Source: Octopus vulgaris (taxonomy: Eukaryota). Taken from it: 64,000 nucleotides of DNA. The notes beneath the pieces were generated by a model, which was not told where the DNA came from, did no database searches, and saw only the letters and a list, made by a program, of their open reading frames with translations. The position numbers were made by a program, and so were the translations under genes. Below are positions 1-12,915 of this stretch, one piece after another (within the stretch, counting starts at the first letter, position 1; each line of letters begins with the position of its first letter). The DNA is taken from positions 20,832,001 through 20,896,000 of the forward strand of contig OX597843.1 of assembly GCA_951406725.2 (NCBI GenBank). The letters run 5' to 3'.

Positions 1-394
1 TGGTTCTGCCTGATGGGCTTCCCATTGGGGGACGGGCATAAGCCATTCCAGCTGATTGATTCTCTTAAAGCGTCACTTTGTTGTGTTTGCTCAAGTTCGG
101 TTCTGATCAGATGTATAATTTCAATGATTTATGTGACATCAGCAACTGGTGTTTATATGGTGTTATTGTATGGCGATTCGGATTTGCCATTTCGATACCT
201 GTGTTGAAGACTGTTACTAAAGATTTTTGAATTATGTCTGTTGTATCTCAGTTTTTTATTGTGGAAAAATTGTTTCTTTTTCCTTTTTCTGTTTAGTGTT
301 TAAACAGAGGTGAATAAGAGAGAATGAATTAAACGATATTCTTTATTCTAAAACACTACCATTGTATATTGTTCAGATGATATAATTAATATAT

Positions 395-672
395 AGCGCA
401 TGGCTCTGTGGTTAGAGCGTGGAGCTTATAATCGTGCTGCGTGTTGAGTTCTTGAGCAAGACCCTTTCTTTCGCGTTGCTCCAGTTCAATCAGCTGTAAA
501 AATGAGTTGCGACGACACAGGTTCCAAGTTGTATCAGCCTCTTTGCCTTTCCCTTAGATAAAGAGGGAGGCCGATATGCTGGTCTTCCATAAACAACATT
601 GCCCGGACTTGTGCCTGGGAGGGTACTTTTTAGGTGCAATCCCACGGTCAGTCATGACCGACGGGGATCTCA
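395..672 (+). mobile_element. tRNA-derived SINE (decayed)
   Basis: A-box-like TGGCTCTGTGGTTAGAGC head and TTCTTGAGCAAGAC core. A fuller paralog lies at 39906-40192. Confidence 0.75.
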
Positions 673-916
673 GCTTAATTCTTACCATATATCGTAGGAG
701 TAAAATATGCTTTTAGGTGAGTATTTCAATAAGTTCTACGTTAGATCAAACTATCATTTCACAGACACATGTTCCACCTTTGATGAATGGCAGTGATCAC
801 ACAAGATATTAACCATATCTCATCAATGGAATACGGGTGTGATGTGTTGACACAATTGCAGGGATATGGAATAAAGAATGTCGTTGAAACCATTCGCTTA
901 TTCCTCATCAGTTTCG

Positions 917-918
<2 letters not shown>

Positions 919-950
<32 letters not shown>

Positions 951-1068
951 TGTATGTATGTATGTATGTATGTATGTATGTATGTATGTATGTATGTATG
1001 TATGTATGTATGCATGCCTGCATGCATGTATGCATGCATGTATGTAAGTATGTATGTATGTATGTATA
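919..1068. repeat. (TATG)n microsatellite
   Basis: Direct reading; shorter paralog at ~40437-40525. Confidence 0.95.
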
Positions 1069-1074
1069 TACCAT

Positions 1075-1300
1075 TCTTTCCTCTTTTACTTGTTTCAGTA
1101 AGTTGATTACTTTGCAGCAGGAGAATCACCTTGAAGTATGTAACTCGAACGAATCGAGACCACTAACTATTCTCTTAAACCCTGGTACTTACCCTGTCGG
1201 CCGCTTATGCGAAATCGCTAACTGACGAGGAATTAAACGCACTAACATAGGTTGTGAAGAAGTAGTGAGTACAAACATAGAGACTAAGTCACACACACAC
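1075..1300 (-). mobile_element. Old SINE 3' portion
   Basis: Diverged reverse complement of the tail of the 1343-1750 SINE (CTTTTACTTGTTTCAGT, CCTGGTACTTA). Confidence 0.6.
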
Positions 1301-1342
1301 TCGCACACATATGTACATTATATGAATATATATATATTTATA

Positions 1343-1750
1343 GGCGCAGGAGTGGCTGTGTGGTAAGTAGCTTGCTTACCAACCACATGGTTCCGGGTTC
1401 AGTCCCACTGCGTGGCATCTTGGGCAAGTGTCTTCTACTATAGCCTCGGGCCGACCAAAGCCTTGTGAGTGGATTTATTAGACGGAAACGGAAAAGAAGC
1501 GCCTCGTATATATGTATATATATATGCGTGTGTGTGTATGTTTGTGTGTCTGTGTTTGTCCCCCTAGCATTGCTTGACCACCGATGCTGGTGTGTTTACG
1601 TCGCTTTCAATTAGCGGTTCGGGAAAAGAGACCGATAGAATAAGTACTGAGCTTACAAAGAATAAGTCCCGGGGTCGATTTGCTTGACTAAAAGGCGGTG
1701 CTCCAGCGTGGCCGCAGTCAAATGACTGAAACAAGTAAAAGAGTAAAGAG
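1343..1750 (+). mobile_element. Full-length tRNA-derived SINE (octopus-type), copy A only
   Basis: GGAGTGGCTGTGTGGTAAG A-box, GGTTCAGTCCC B-box, CTTGGGCAAGT core, internal (TA)/(TG) tract and tail GGCGGTGCTCCAGCGTGGCCGCAGTCAAATGACTGAAACAAGTAAAAG. Copy B has only (TA)n here (~40780-40822). Confidence 0.9.
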
Positions 1751-1761
1751 TATATGCAAGA

Positions 1762-2130
1762 GTTACGACTCTACTCCATGGAGCGAAAACCGGAGAGGTA
1801 TGTAGTGATATGTGTGGAAGTTACTAGGGAATCTGGTATCAAACTTTGGAATTCAGATTTATACCAGACCTCGAATTGGACATCACTGCACGGTTCCAAA
1901 AGTCCCGGCTCTCTCATATAATATTAGGAGAATGTACTGCAATAGTTTGGAGTTCAAGTGCTCACAGATATTTAACGCCTTGCCAACACATCTGAGGAGA
2001 GGGTGTAGATGTTTCAAGATACCACTTGACCTCTTGCTATCCAAGTGAACCAATATCAGGGCAGGAAACTCAAAAGACTGCAGCGGCAGCGAACTCCGGT
2101 CAATCCCTTAAACTCGGCCAGTCGAATAAA
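1762..2130 (+). mobile_element. CR1-group LINE 3' fragment
   Basis: YSMERKPERYVV..WK...CSQIFNALP..FK..LDL resembles the CR1-group ORF2 C-terminus. Paralog at ~40830-41240. Confidence 0.65.
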
Positions 2131-2139
2131 AGAATGAAT

Positions 2140-2828
2140 GTTTGAAAATGCAATTTTAAAAGATGTTTATTTACTTGACCGGTTTCACTCTCTTAGAAAA
2201 AGAATGTCAAAAGTAACATGTAAAAGCTTTGTTGTGTTAGGTACTGGTTGTCTACAATACATACACACATTATTTGATAATAATATGAACATTTAGGTAG
2301 TATATAAATGTACAATGAGGGAGATATGTTTAGTTTGAACTGACCTGATTCACCATATTATTGTAAAAGCTTTTACGATAATATGGTGAATCAGGTCAGT
2401 TCAAACTAAACATATCTCCCTCATTGTACATTTATATACTACCAAAATGTAACCTTTTTGAACTTATAATTTTCTGTGTGTATATATACAGATACAATAC
2501 CAATTTTCCTCTGAACTTTTTAATAATTCTTTCTGTAAACTGTTTTAACATTCTCTCTTTATTATCAAATAATGCATATATGTATTGTAATATTTTGTAC
2601 CCAATATTTTAATGAAGTTGTCAAATTTCTTTTATATTTTCCCAAGATGTTCATATTCAAGATTAACATATTTTTATTATTATTAAAGAGAGTATATATG
2701 TATTGTAATACTTTGTGACAACCAGTACCTAACACAACAAAGCGTTTACATGTTGCTTTTGACAATTCTTTTTAAATAAGTGAAACCGGTCAAGTAAATA
2801 CATATTTTTTAACATTGCATTTTCAAAC
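2140..2828. repeat. Foldback inverted repeat with zero-spacer centre and an HHR-like motif in each arm
   Basis: Centre TAAAAG|CTTTTA at 2369/2370 with ~75-bp near-perfect inner arms. Outer arms 2140-2290 pair with ~2665-2828. Paralog at 41294-41994. Confidence 0.9.
2753..2797 (+). ncRNA. Minimal type-I hammerhead-like motif, U3-A8 core variant
   Basis: ttgctt-UUGACAA-stem II-GAAA-CCGG-UC-aagtaa. Further copies at 2171-2216 (-; one nt shorter at the core/stem II junction), 41328-41373 (-) and 41916-41960 (+). The stem II closing pair is imperfect. Confidence 0.5.
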
Positions 2829-2989
2829 CTTCTTTCATATATAATTCCACTCGTGGGGTACCTTACAACTCGAAACATTACTCTACGACAGTGGGTCGTA
2901 CGTAATGTTTCGAGTGTATGGGCGCACGAATAAATCACAGCTTAATAAAGAGCAAGTTCATCATATTTTTCCGATATCCTCGGTATTGT

Positions 2990-3380
2990 ACATTGGGAGA
3001 TTATTCAGGGAGGACGTTTGGGGAAAATGACCGGATCTGGATTCGCGAAGTATTGAATGTTTCACGACAAAAATGCACCTATCACCTCACTCGTAAGTTT
3101 CTTGCCAAAAACAACATGCAACTGCGTCCGCATCAGCCCTATTCGCCAGATTTACCACCTGCTGACATGCATCCGTTTCTCAAGATGAAAAATCAGCTCA
3201 AAGGTCGAGATTAAGAGCAAACTTATCATCATTGTCGAAGTCAAGAGGTCCTCGACTCGCCTATGGAAACTAAGTCCAGGCCGGATTTCGGAAAGTGTCA
3301 GAAAAGCTGGGGCAGTTGTATTATTGCTCAGGTAACATGAGTTACTTCTATTAAACATAGCTCGTTCAGAAAATTTATAT
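2990..3380 (+). mobile_element. Mariner transposase 3' fragment
   Basis: FLAKNNMQLRPHQPYSPDLPPADMHPFLKMKNQLKGR contains the mariner YSPDLAP motif. Truncated paralog at ~42150-42395. Confidence 0.85.
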
Positions 3381-3785
3381 ATACAACGGATTTCCTTCAG
3401 TTACCGTGTACCCAAGTAACTAACATACACGGGTTTGTTCGGTTGGAAAACAGAGTACACGCAGAAGGACTGAATACAGAAGCAAAATTCCAATCACACA
3501 GCCATGCCAACGCCTTAGCGTATGCACACACAACCACACATACACAATACAGACACATACAAAATACACACACACGTATGACGGAAATGGAAAGTGGATT
3601 CTACGTGATACATTAATCATTACTGCCGTTTCAACCCGTCTTCAATCGGCCCCTCAGGGATGAGATAATGGTCGATTGGCCGCGGTGCATCTTTCTTTGC
3701 AGATGTTTCTCATCAGTTGACATTTCAAAAAGTTCTCTGCTCAATAAACTCGGTTTCACTTTGTTCGATTATAATGTATTTCGTT

Positions 3786-3788
<3 letters not shown>

Positions 3789-3863
<75 letters not shown>
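3789..3863. repeat. (TAA)n microsatellite
   Basis: Direct reading. Confidence 0.95.
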
Positions 3864-4331
3864 GCAAAACACGAGCAAAACAAAAAACTGTTCTCAGTAT
3901 TTAAGGAAGCTGACAAATACAAACAAGAAATCATACCACCTAATAAATATGAAGAAGAAGAAGAAGATGATGAAGAAACAACAAAAGCTATAAAACAAAT
4001 GAAATCCAAACTAAAAATAGAACAGCAACGAGCCATGATAAAACGATGGCAAGAAAAACCCCTTCATGGTAAATACTGAACTAAACTAAACGCAAAAGAA
4101 ATAGACAAAGAAAAATCCCAGCAATGGTTGAGAAGCTCAGGACTCAAAGCAGAAACAGAGGGATTTTTAATTGCAGCACAAGACCAAAGCCTCCCCACCA
4201 GAAATTACCAAAAACATGTAATGAAAAGAAATATTACAAGTAACTGCAGAATATGTGGAGATGGACAAGAAACAATAAATCATATTATCTCTAGCTGCCC
4301 AGTCCTGGCTAAGAAGGAATATATTCACAGG
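3864..4331 (+). mobile_element. R4/Dong-clade non-LTR retrotransposon fragment (post-RT, CCHC)
   Basis: WQEKPLHGKY*...SQQWLRSSGLKAETEGFLIAAQDQSLPTRNY...CRICGDGQETINHIISSCPVLA. Confidence 0.8.
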
Positions 4332-4358
4332 AATATATGATAGCGCAGAAGATGATAC

Positions 4359-4686
<328 letters not shown>

Positions 4687-4916
4687 CAAAAATGATTCGT
4701 GAAGAGAGGAGAAAGCAGTTGAAAAAATTAAAAGCAGAAGAACCAGAAAATGATGAACAAGATGAATGTAGAGAAAAAGTTGTGATGAAGACGATAAATG
4801 CAGGAAAAGAAGATATATTAAGACGAGAAAAATAACGTGGAATATCAGAATGGGGAAACAAGTGGGAATAAAGGAATATAAATACAAAAACTATAGTCAC
4901 ACATCAAACAAACGCA

Positions 4917-4994
<78 letters not shown>

Positions 4995-5001
<7 letters not shown>

Positions 5002-5515
5002 ATACACGTTTATGTATTTGTTTTGCAAGAATTTTGATGTGAAATCGTGTGTTGAAACAGATATTTGTTGTATTTAGGAATGGTCATTTTGTCAGTTTAG
5101 CCAATAAAAAACACACGCACTATATATTTGGTGTTACTTTGCTTCAGCGTTATTATGTTTTACATTAATCTTACCCTTATTTCGGCCAGAGTTCTTTCGT
5201 CACACTCCTGTGACCTCATCAGTGGTTCATTGCTTTCTTCATTCATATTTGTGTCTCTCCTTACTAACGATCAGCCATTTTGCATTTTGTATTTGCGCAT
5301 ATGGATATACATCTATATGTGTCTATGTTTAGTTAGAGTGTGTGTGTGGGGGGATGCCTGTAATATTTGAATCTCCTGTTTATATACGTTCGAAAGAAAT
5401 CTGGCCGAAATAAGATTAAGATTAATGTCAAAAATCAATAAAGCTGAATGAAAGTAACACGAAATATATAGTGCGTGTGTTTTTATTGGCTAAACTGGCA
5501 AAATGATCATTCCTA
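4995..5515 (-). mobile_element. PLE pseudo-LTR with inverted partial copy, between TA/TG tracts
   Basis: 5079-5199 is inverted at 5391-5513. Same family as 37725-38790, which encloses a GIY-YIG frame. Confidence 0.7.
5186..5225 (-). ncRNA. Minimal type-I hammerhead ribozyme motif
   Basis: Minus strand: CCA-CUGAUGA-G-GUCAC aggagu GUGAC-GAAA-GAA-CUC-UGG. Stem I CCA/UGG, CUC triplet, one extra G before stem II. Confidence 0.6.
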
Positions 5516-5540
5516 AATATATATATATATATATTCCTAT

Positions 5541-5572
<32 letters not shown>

Positions 5573-5579
5573 GTGTGTG

Positions 5580-5626
<47 letters not shown>

Positions 5627-6919
5627 GTGTACATACACACATCCACCTATATATACCTTATCAAACCCTGATGTATGAACGCACACACTCACTTCCAGCC
5701 CTCACATATATTCCCACTTTCTTACTCACAGGCAAACATAAATTGCAAGACAATATGAATTGTAGAAGAATGAGGATAAATAAAGAAGATAAGAGAGACA
5801 TTTAGTTTGTGGAAATGACATTGGATGACATATCGTGATCTTATTATGAAGAAGATGACTAACATAAGAGAAAGTTGATGATGAAGAATAAGCCGAAGAA
5901 GAAAACAACGATGAAGCAGCAGCAGCAGTAGTAGTGGTAGTAGAAGAAAAAGAAGAAGGAGAAAAAGAAGAAGAAGAAAAAGAAGAAGAAGAAGAAGAAG
6001 AAGGAGGAGGAGGTGGAGGTATTGGTGGAGCAGGAGAAGAAGAAGAGAAGTATAAGAAGAAAAAGAAGGAGAAGAACAACAACAAGGAGAATATGATGAT
6101 GATAATGATGAGGATGATGATAATGATGATGGTGATGATAATGATGATATGCAACAACAACAGCAACTACTTTAAAACAACAATAAGAGAAGTGGCAGAA
6201 AATGTAGGAGCTGAAGAAAGGAATGATATAAAAAATAAGGAGGAAACGAAGGAGTCTGTCATGAAGAAAACTTAAATATAATATTTCTGATCTTATAATA
6301 ATTCTGCTTGTCATTATGTTAATTAGTCCATCGGTAAAGCTTTCTCGTGATTAGAGAAAAAGAGGGAGAACGAAAAAGGGCGAAAGAGAAATGTCCATGA
6401 CCTGAGGTAGAAGGAACGTGACTGTAATGCTTTCACGTGATTAGTTGAATGGAATGAGAGACCAAGAGAAAGAAAAAGAAATGAGAAAACGAAAGTAAGT
6501 CGAAGAGTGGGGCAGAAAGAGAGGGAGAAGGAGAAAAGGGGAGAGAAAAAAGAGCGAGGGAGAAAAAGAGGGAGATGACATGTGGTAGGGGGAACGTAAT
6601 ATTTATTACGTGATGAAAAAGTTAATTGAAGGTAGTGATATTGAGGAGGTTTACGAATATAATCTTAGCAGAGCGGTGATGTTCTGATGGTGAGATTAAA
6701 GGAAGGCGGATAGGTAGATAAATAGATAGATAGATTAACTGAGAAAATGAGAGAAAGGGGAGTGAGAGAAGGTGGTAGTGGTTGTGGTGGAAGTGGTAAT
6801 TGTGAGTGCATAATGCAAAGTAACTTTTGAATTGAACTAAGTATTTTATATCCCCTATCACTTAACGCAAGCTCATAACTGCAATTCTGTTAAATATTCA
6901 CACTTATTTACAGTGTCAA

Positions 6920-6990
<71 letters not shown>

Positions 6991-7199
6991 GATATATATA
7001 TATATATATTACAATTAAGAAATATACACGTTATAATTAAAATATATATATTTCAATTAAAATCAAGGTGGACACACAGTAAATTCCATCTCTGCAAGAT
7101 CCCGGTTGATGTTGTTACTGCTTCTCATACAATCTGCCTTTGGTTGTGCTTCTGCTACGGCGAGATAGAAATTCGCAGTTTACGGTTATTTGGTCCTTG

Positions 7200-10100
7200 T
7201 TCCAAAGCTGTGCTTATGAAATAAGCAAATTACAAAACTTGACTGAACAGTGGAGAGAGGAAGAAGATTAGAAGCTACTCGCGAGAGGGTTAGGTACTAT
7301 AGGCAGCGTATAAGAGAAGAACAGCGGTAAGAAATCAGAGAAAGGGACAAATGGTACCAACAGATGAGACGATCTGCAATAGACGAAGAGCAACGCAAGG
7401 CACAACTGTAGTGAGAGAGAATGCGAGACCAAGGTAGAAGACAGGATGAGGAAGAACAAACACAGTACAAGGAACAACAAAGATTGATATTTCAGCTGAG
7501 AATGAAAAACATGAATGATATGCAGTGTGCGCAGTATCAGGACCAACAGAAAAGCGTAATGTAACAGAGAAGGGAGAATATGGATGATTTGGAAAGGGCT
7601 GCTTGTCTCCAAGGTGAAACAGAGAGACATCAAAATGGAGTTGCAAGTGTGAATGCTGAACAGGCGTTACGTTTGCGAGATGAACAGCTGCAACGAAAGC
7701 GTGAAGGAAGACATGGACTACCACTGAACAGACACAATAATCCTAAACGAACCTATCGTATTGGTGATATGTACTTATATTGCGAGTATTGTGGTGCACT
7801 GAACTTTAAATATGAAAACTTCAATTTACTGTCACAATAAGAAAGGGAATTTTCCTCCACTGCAACTAAACCCTCAGACATTGAAGCGTTTGTCTGAGAA
7901 AATTACCAAGAGTCTGCTTCATTTCGAAAAAAACATCAGCAATTACAACTGCATATCTTCCTTTACGTCATTTGGTGTGAAACTCTCTGTGCCGCAAGGA
8001 AGAGGTCTACATTGTTTCTGTATTGTTGTGGAAGGATTCCGACCACCTTCCAATTGACTTAAAGGGAACTGACATATTCCTATTAAATAGACAACTGTCG
8101 AGTCTTCAGCAATTAACTGGAAACTAGTTCACTGTGAGCCATTGACAGAGAGCGTTGGGTAATCGATTCGCGTCGTGTAAACACTTTCTTTCCCCCTGAT
8201 TCCTTAAATCATATGTTCCAAACCAGGGTATAAAAGTGGCGAAGAGTTCTTCGAAGTTTGCGTTGGACATTTAAATTTGTTTGGGATGGGTATGAAACCA
8301 AAGAAAAATCGTTTAAGATAGAAGGCATATTGGCGTCTGTGGTGCAGTTGCAACAGCAACAATAGTAACAACAAGAGCAACTACAACAGCAACAACAACA
8401 AAACCAAGAGTTGCTGGAATCAATGTTAAAGAAGTCTAAAAATACTTCAGGTGTGAACTTGCCAGACAGCGTAGCAATCTCTATTGAAGAATTCAGTTAT
8501 AATCCAGAAGATGGGATTACCTTCTCTGCATATTTTCGAAGATACGAATAAATTTTCAAAGAAGAATTTATAAATTGATCTGAGGGGAAAAATAGTACGA
8601 CTACTTTGTAAGACAGGTATCACTTGCCGAATACAAAAAAATATAGTAATTATATTCTGCCCATGAAGTCAGGTGAGATTTGTTTCAATAAAAACTATTA
8701 ACATTTTATCAAATGATTTAGAACTGGACGAAAATTAACTCTTCAGACAGAAGCAGAAGAATGCCAGAAAGAATAACGGAAAGTGTAAACATTTCAAATC
8801 ATATGAATTAAGATGATGTTCAAACGCATATTTTTGGTTTAAGGCCAAACTGCAAGCAAAGATGAAGATATATGTTCACGGATGTCAACAAAATTAGAAC
8901 TAGAGAAAAAGTAACTCTACAAACAGAAGCAGAAGAATGTCAGGAAAGACGACGCAGAAAAAAATGAAGAAAGCGACGCCCAAAACGAAATTGAAGAAAA
9001 AGATTGCTCTCATATTCCAGTGTCTCCACTGTAACGGATAAGAAATAAGAGAAAAAATGTCAAGATCGAATCAATCTTATGTTTGCGGTGGTCAACATTT
9101 TAAAAGTAATTGCCCGTTTAAAAATATAAAAGGCGTCAGATGAGGCAAGAGAGATCATAAAATATCACACTGTAGAACAAACCTGGAAAACATTTCAACA
9201 GAAAGAAAACACGAAATCAGGTTATCGGTGATCAAAAAACGAACAGCCTCAAAGGAAATTTGTGTACGTAAAGTTGCAACTAGATAAGGGCAGTGATATC
9301 TCGATAATTAACACAGATACGTAGAAAAAAACAGAATTCCTAGATTAAAAGACATTTCGAAAATTGTAGGTGGTGTTTCAGGAAAATAATTACATTTTAA
9401 CGTCTTAATGATAAATCACCTTCCATTTCGTGGGAAAACCTTAAAAACCAAAGATTTTGTGTTGAATAATATCACAAATTTATTCGGAACACTGAATAGA
9501 ATTGTTTACCTTATGGGAACTCCCCATAAATCTTTTCAGTAAAAATGTGAATGGTTTTCTTGCCAATACAAATGAATCGTCGGACGATTTGTAGAAATAA
9601 TTTTAAAAGATTTTTCCTGAAGTTCTTTCTGATAAATTAGATCTCAGCATCACAACGAAAACGAAGTTCCAAGTAAAAGTAAATGCCAAACCGGTATTTA
9701 AATATAAACGAACTGTAACTTTTGCATCGTGGGAACAGATAAACTTTTGCAGCGTTAGAAACAAATAAACAAAATCAGAATGTATGCTGATTTTTTCCAC
9801 TGGTTTAAATGAGTGTCTTAAAACTTTCCACAAGGTATTTTCTTAATTGGATGTCTCCGACGCGTGCCTACATATTAGCGTAGACGATGAATGCTATAAA
9901 TACCTAAAACTTAACGCATATATATATATATATATACAACAGGTTATTATATGTCTTTAATGTCACACCGATTTTTCAACAGCTTATGGATGCAGTGTTA
10001 GCGATAGTAAATTTGCATTTCCATATCTGGATGATATACTCATTAAATGCGAATCACGGGATCACCATGTAGAGCAAGTAATATATATGTTCGAAAAAAT

Positions 10101-12915
10101 TAGGGATTATATTGAAAAAGAAAGCGTGAATTTTTTTATTACCAAAACTAAAATTGAAAGAAATGGACGAGGACCAGATCCGTTGAAGGCAGACGCAATT
10201 AAATACATGCCCCCTCCGACAAATATGACGACCTTACATGATTGCTTTGGAGACAGGCAAATTATGACCAAAATCCTATTCTCAATATGCATAGGGTAAG
10301 TGTTACAGTAGATTATGTATTTAAAAAATGTCAATTGAAATTGCTCTGAAAATTGTCAAAGGGAATTCGACGAAATTTTAAAGTTTTAACATCTGATTTG
10401 TTGTTAGCACGCTTCGATTCTGTAGCGGAGAAAGTTGTAACTTCAGATGCCTCTGAATACTGAATCGGCGCAGTAATGCTACATAAATAAAAAGATGGTA
10501 ACATGAAGGCGGTGGTTCTTGATATCAGCAGAAAATATTACAGCCAAATCAAAAAAGAGGCTCTTGTAATTATTTTTGCCGTAAAAAATTGCATAGATTT
10601 TTACACGGCAGAAGTTTTTGAATACAGACAGATCATCGTCCGTTATTATCAGAACAAGAGTAAAAGAAATAAAGATCTAGCCGTACTGCTAATAGGCTGC
10701 AACGCTGGGGTACTGTATCATTAAACTATGAATTTAAGATACAGTATATACCATCTAAATAATTAGGACCCGGTAATTGTTTATCAAGACCGATTTCAGA
10801 AAATGCTGAACCATTTGAAGATACCGTGATTGCTACTTTGCGAATAGAAAATGAAATTAAAAGCAAACGGTATAACTCCATGCGTGAACTGCTATTTACC
10901 TTACAAGATATAAAATTACAATTGGGAAACGATAAAATTCATTAAAAAATGAAAGAGATGCAAAAGGGTAAAAGAGATAAAAGATATTCGAGCCTATCAC
11001 AAGGTGTGACAATGTGCTGGTGTATGCACAAAGAGTCGTAGTGCCAGCCACACTACAAAAGCAATTACTAAAGGAATTTCATATTGAGTCAAAGGGATTT
11101 CGATAATGAAATCGTTAATGAGAAGTTAGGTATACTGGCCAACAACGGACTGTAACATTGAAGATATAGTGATAGTATGCAATACGCTGTTCTCTAGCTC
11201 ATAATACACCCGTCACGAAATGGCACCCGTGGCCAAAACCACTTAAGGTTTCATGTCACTTCGTTGTTGGGGAATGTTTTTCAACACGGTCTGAAGTGCA
11301 TAAATGTAGAAAGCAAACATCTCTGGTTACAAAGATATTTGATGTTTGTTAGAATAATCAGATCCATCTTTGATCAGCCGATACCGAGTGAAAATAAAAG
11401 AAAAAGGAATAATATTTCAAAATTCTTCAAGTTAGCTGACAAACTTTATTAAAGAACTATACATATATTAAACAAGGCTGGGAGGATGGTACAATTGTTA
11501 TATAAATTGCAAGAATGATATTCCTGGTAAAAGGTAAAAACAATTATCGAACATAAAAGAATTATTAACCAACTTAAAACCTGATTCAAGGAAAAATCAG
11601 ACAAAAGAAGTGAATTTCTCATGAAAGTATTGCACGACACGTTTGAGGTCCCAGCACAGAAACAATTTGCAATTACACGTTCTAGCACCTGAAAACGAAA
11701 AGAACGGAAACAAGAATTGAGCCCTAAGCATAAGAGATATTAAAACTCTGAGCGACTTTAATTCTCAAGTGGAGAATTTAGGGAGACTAATTCTATAAAG
11801 GGGATATGCTGTGGAAAGATTCTGACAACATTACAAGTGACTAAAAGTGGTCTGACACATTTCCATTACATGGAGAACTGTCTAGTCGTAAGCAATTGAT
11901 TGTGAACAATTGATTGGTAAGCATTTCCCTATGATCCGTTGGCAGAGAGCGTCGAGTCTCATGTAATAGTAATCGTATTGCGTCGTGTAAATAGCTTCGT
12001 TAAATTATATATCCAATACCAGGATATAGAACGTATTCAGGGCCAAACATTGCACAACACTACGAACTGTCAATGGTCACCTGCAGTACAGTCAGTTGTA
12101 TATTATTAATGCATCACAGAGTGGAAGCAAGTCAGAACTCCCAAAGCTCTTCTCAAAGATTGGGTGTCATGTGCAACAAGTAAATCCTTACGCTGAGTTA
12201 CATGGGAACATGCACTTAATTGAACAACAAGAGATTGGAGGTGCCAGGAGTGAAAATGTACAATTACGAAAGTGTGAAATACGTTTCGAAAGAACGGTTT
12301 ATATAAGGCGCTACAATTTTTCCCCTAGCAATGAAATAACTGCACCCTGAAAACCCTAAGGACGTAAAAAAATTTTATTTACAATTGCTATTTCGGATGT
12401 TCCAGGTGCTAAGCGCTTTGAGAAGTGAGCACTGTAGGAGGTGAAATCTATGCAACATTTAAAGGTGCGTACATATGAGTTGGTCTCCTCCAAAAAGATG
12501 AGGGTTTGGAGCATACTATACTTGAAGCTACTGCGTATCGGATGCCATTTCAGTTGCGTATTACGTTTGCTGTCCTCTGCATCTATTCAAATCCTTCCAA
12601 TTTTCTTCGCCTGTGGAATACTGACAAGAATTCTATGATGGAAGATTATGCTCAGCGAGGGCTGAATGCAGACTCTACACTCCATAAATTCTGTGTTAAT
12701 TGAAAATGGCACCAGCTGGTTTAATATTAGCTTGCTTGAACCAATTGGAATGTTACGGGTTGAGCAGAAAGATGACATGAACCACCCACGCATTGCAACC
12801 CTTACCAACGAGCAGAAAGGGATCGCTGATGCAGTCATTAAAGACATTGGAAAGAAAAGGTTGAGGTGAGATGCTGGAATCTTTCTTTTCTCTGCTGATT
12901 TTCCCGGAGGCTTTA
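7200..12915 (+). mobile_element. Decayed Helitron Rep-helicase (copy A), interrupted by Gypsy at 8024-12031
   Basis: IGDMYLYCEYCGALNFKYE..CHN..FPPLQ, NYNCISSFTSFG, CF(R)I|QGQT, VNPYAE, RRYN, MPFQLRITFAVLC, TLTNEQK. Many stops and a large internal deletion. Confidence 0.85.
8024..12031 (+). mobile_element. Ty3/Gypsy (Mag-like) LTR retrotransposon, decayed, copy A
   Basis: LTRs at ~8024-8235 and 11807-12031. PBS TGGCGAAGAG, PPT AAAGGGGA, 5-bp TSD TGTAT/CGTAT. Coding remnants: gag FSAYFRRYE, CCHC knuckles, protease LDKGSD, RT YLDD, RNase H DAS, integrase VYWP. Confidence 0.9.

Noticed and set aside
860-912. Minus-strand CUGAUGA plus a long stem as a hammerhead
   Set aside because: AUAU follows the stem instead of GAAA in both copies, and there is no stem I; at most a relic.
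1343-1420. tRNA-like heads (also 35180-35254, 39906-39980, 47450-47537) as tRNA genes
   Set aside because: They continue into SINE cores and tails, and the cloverleafs are incomplete.
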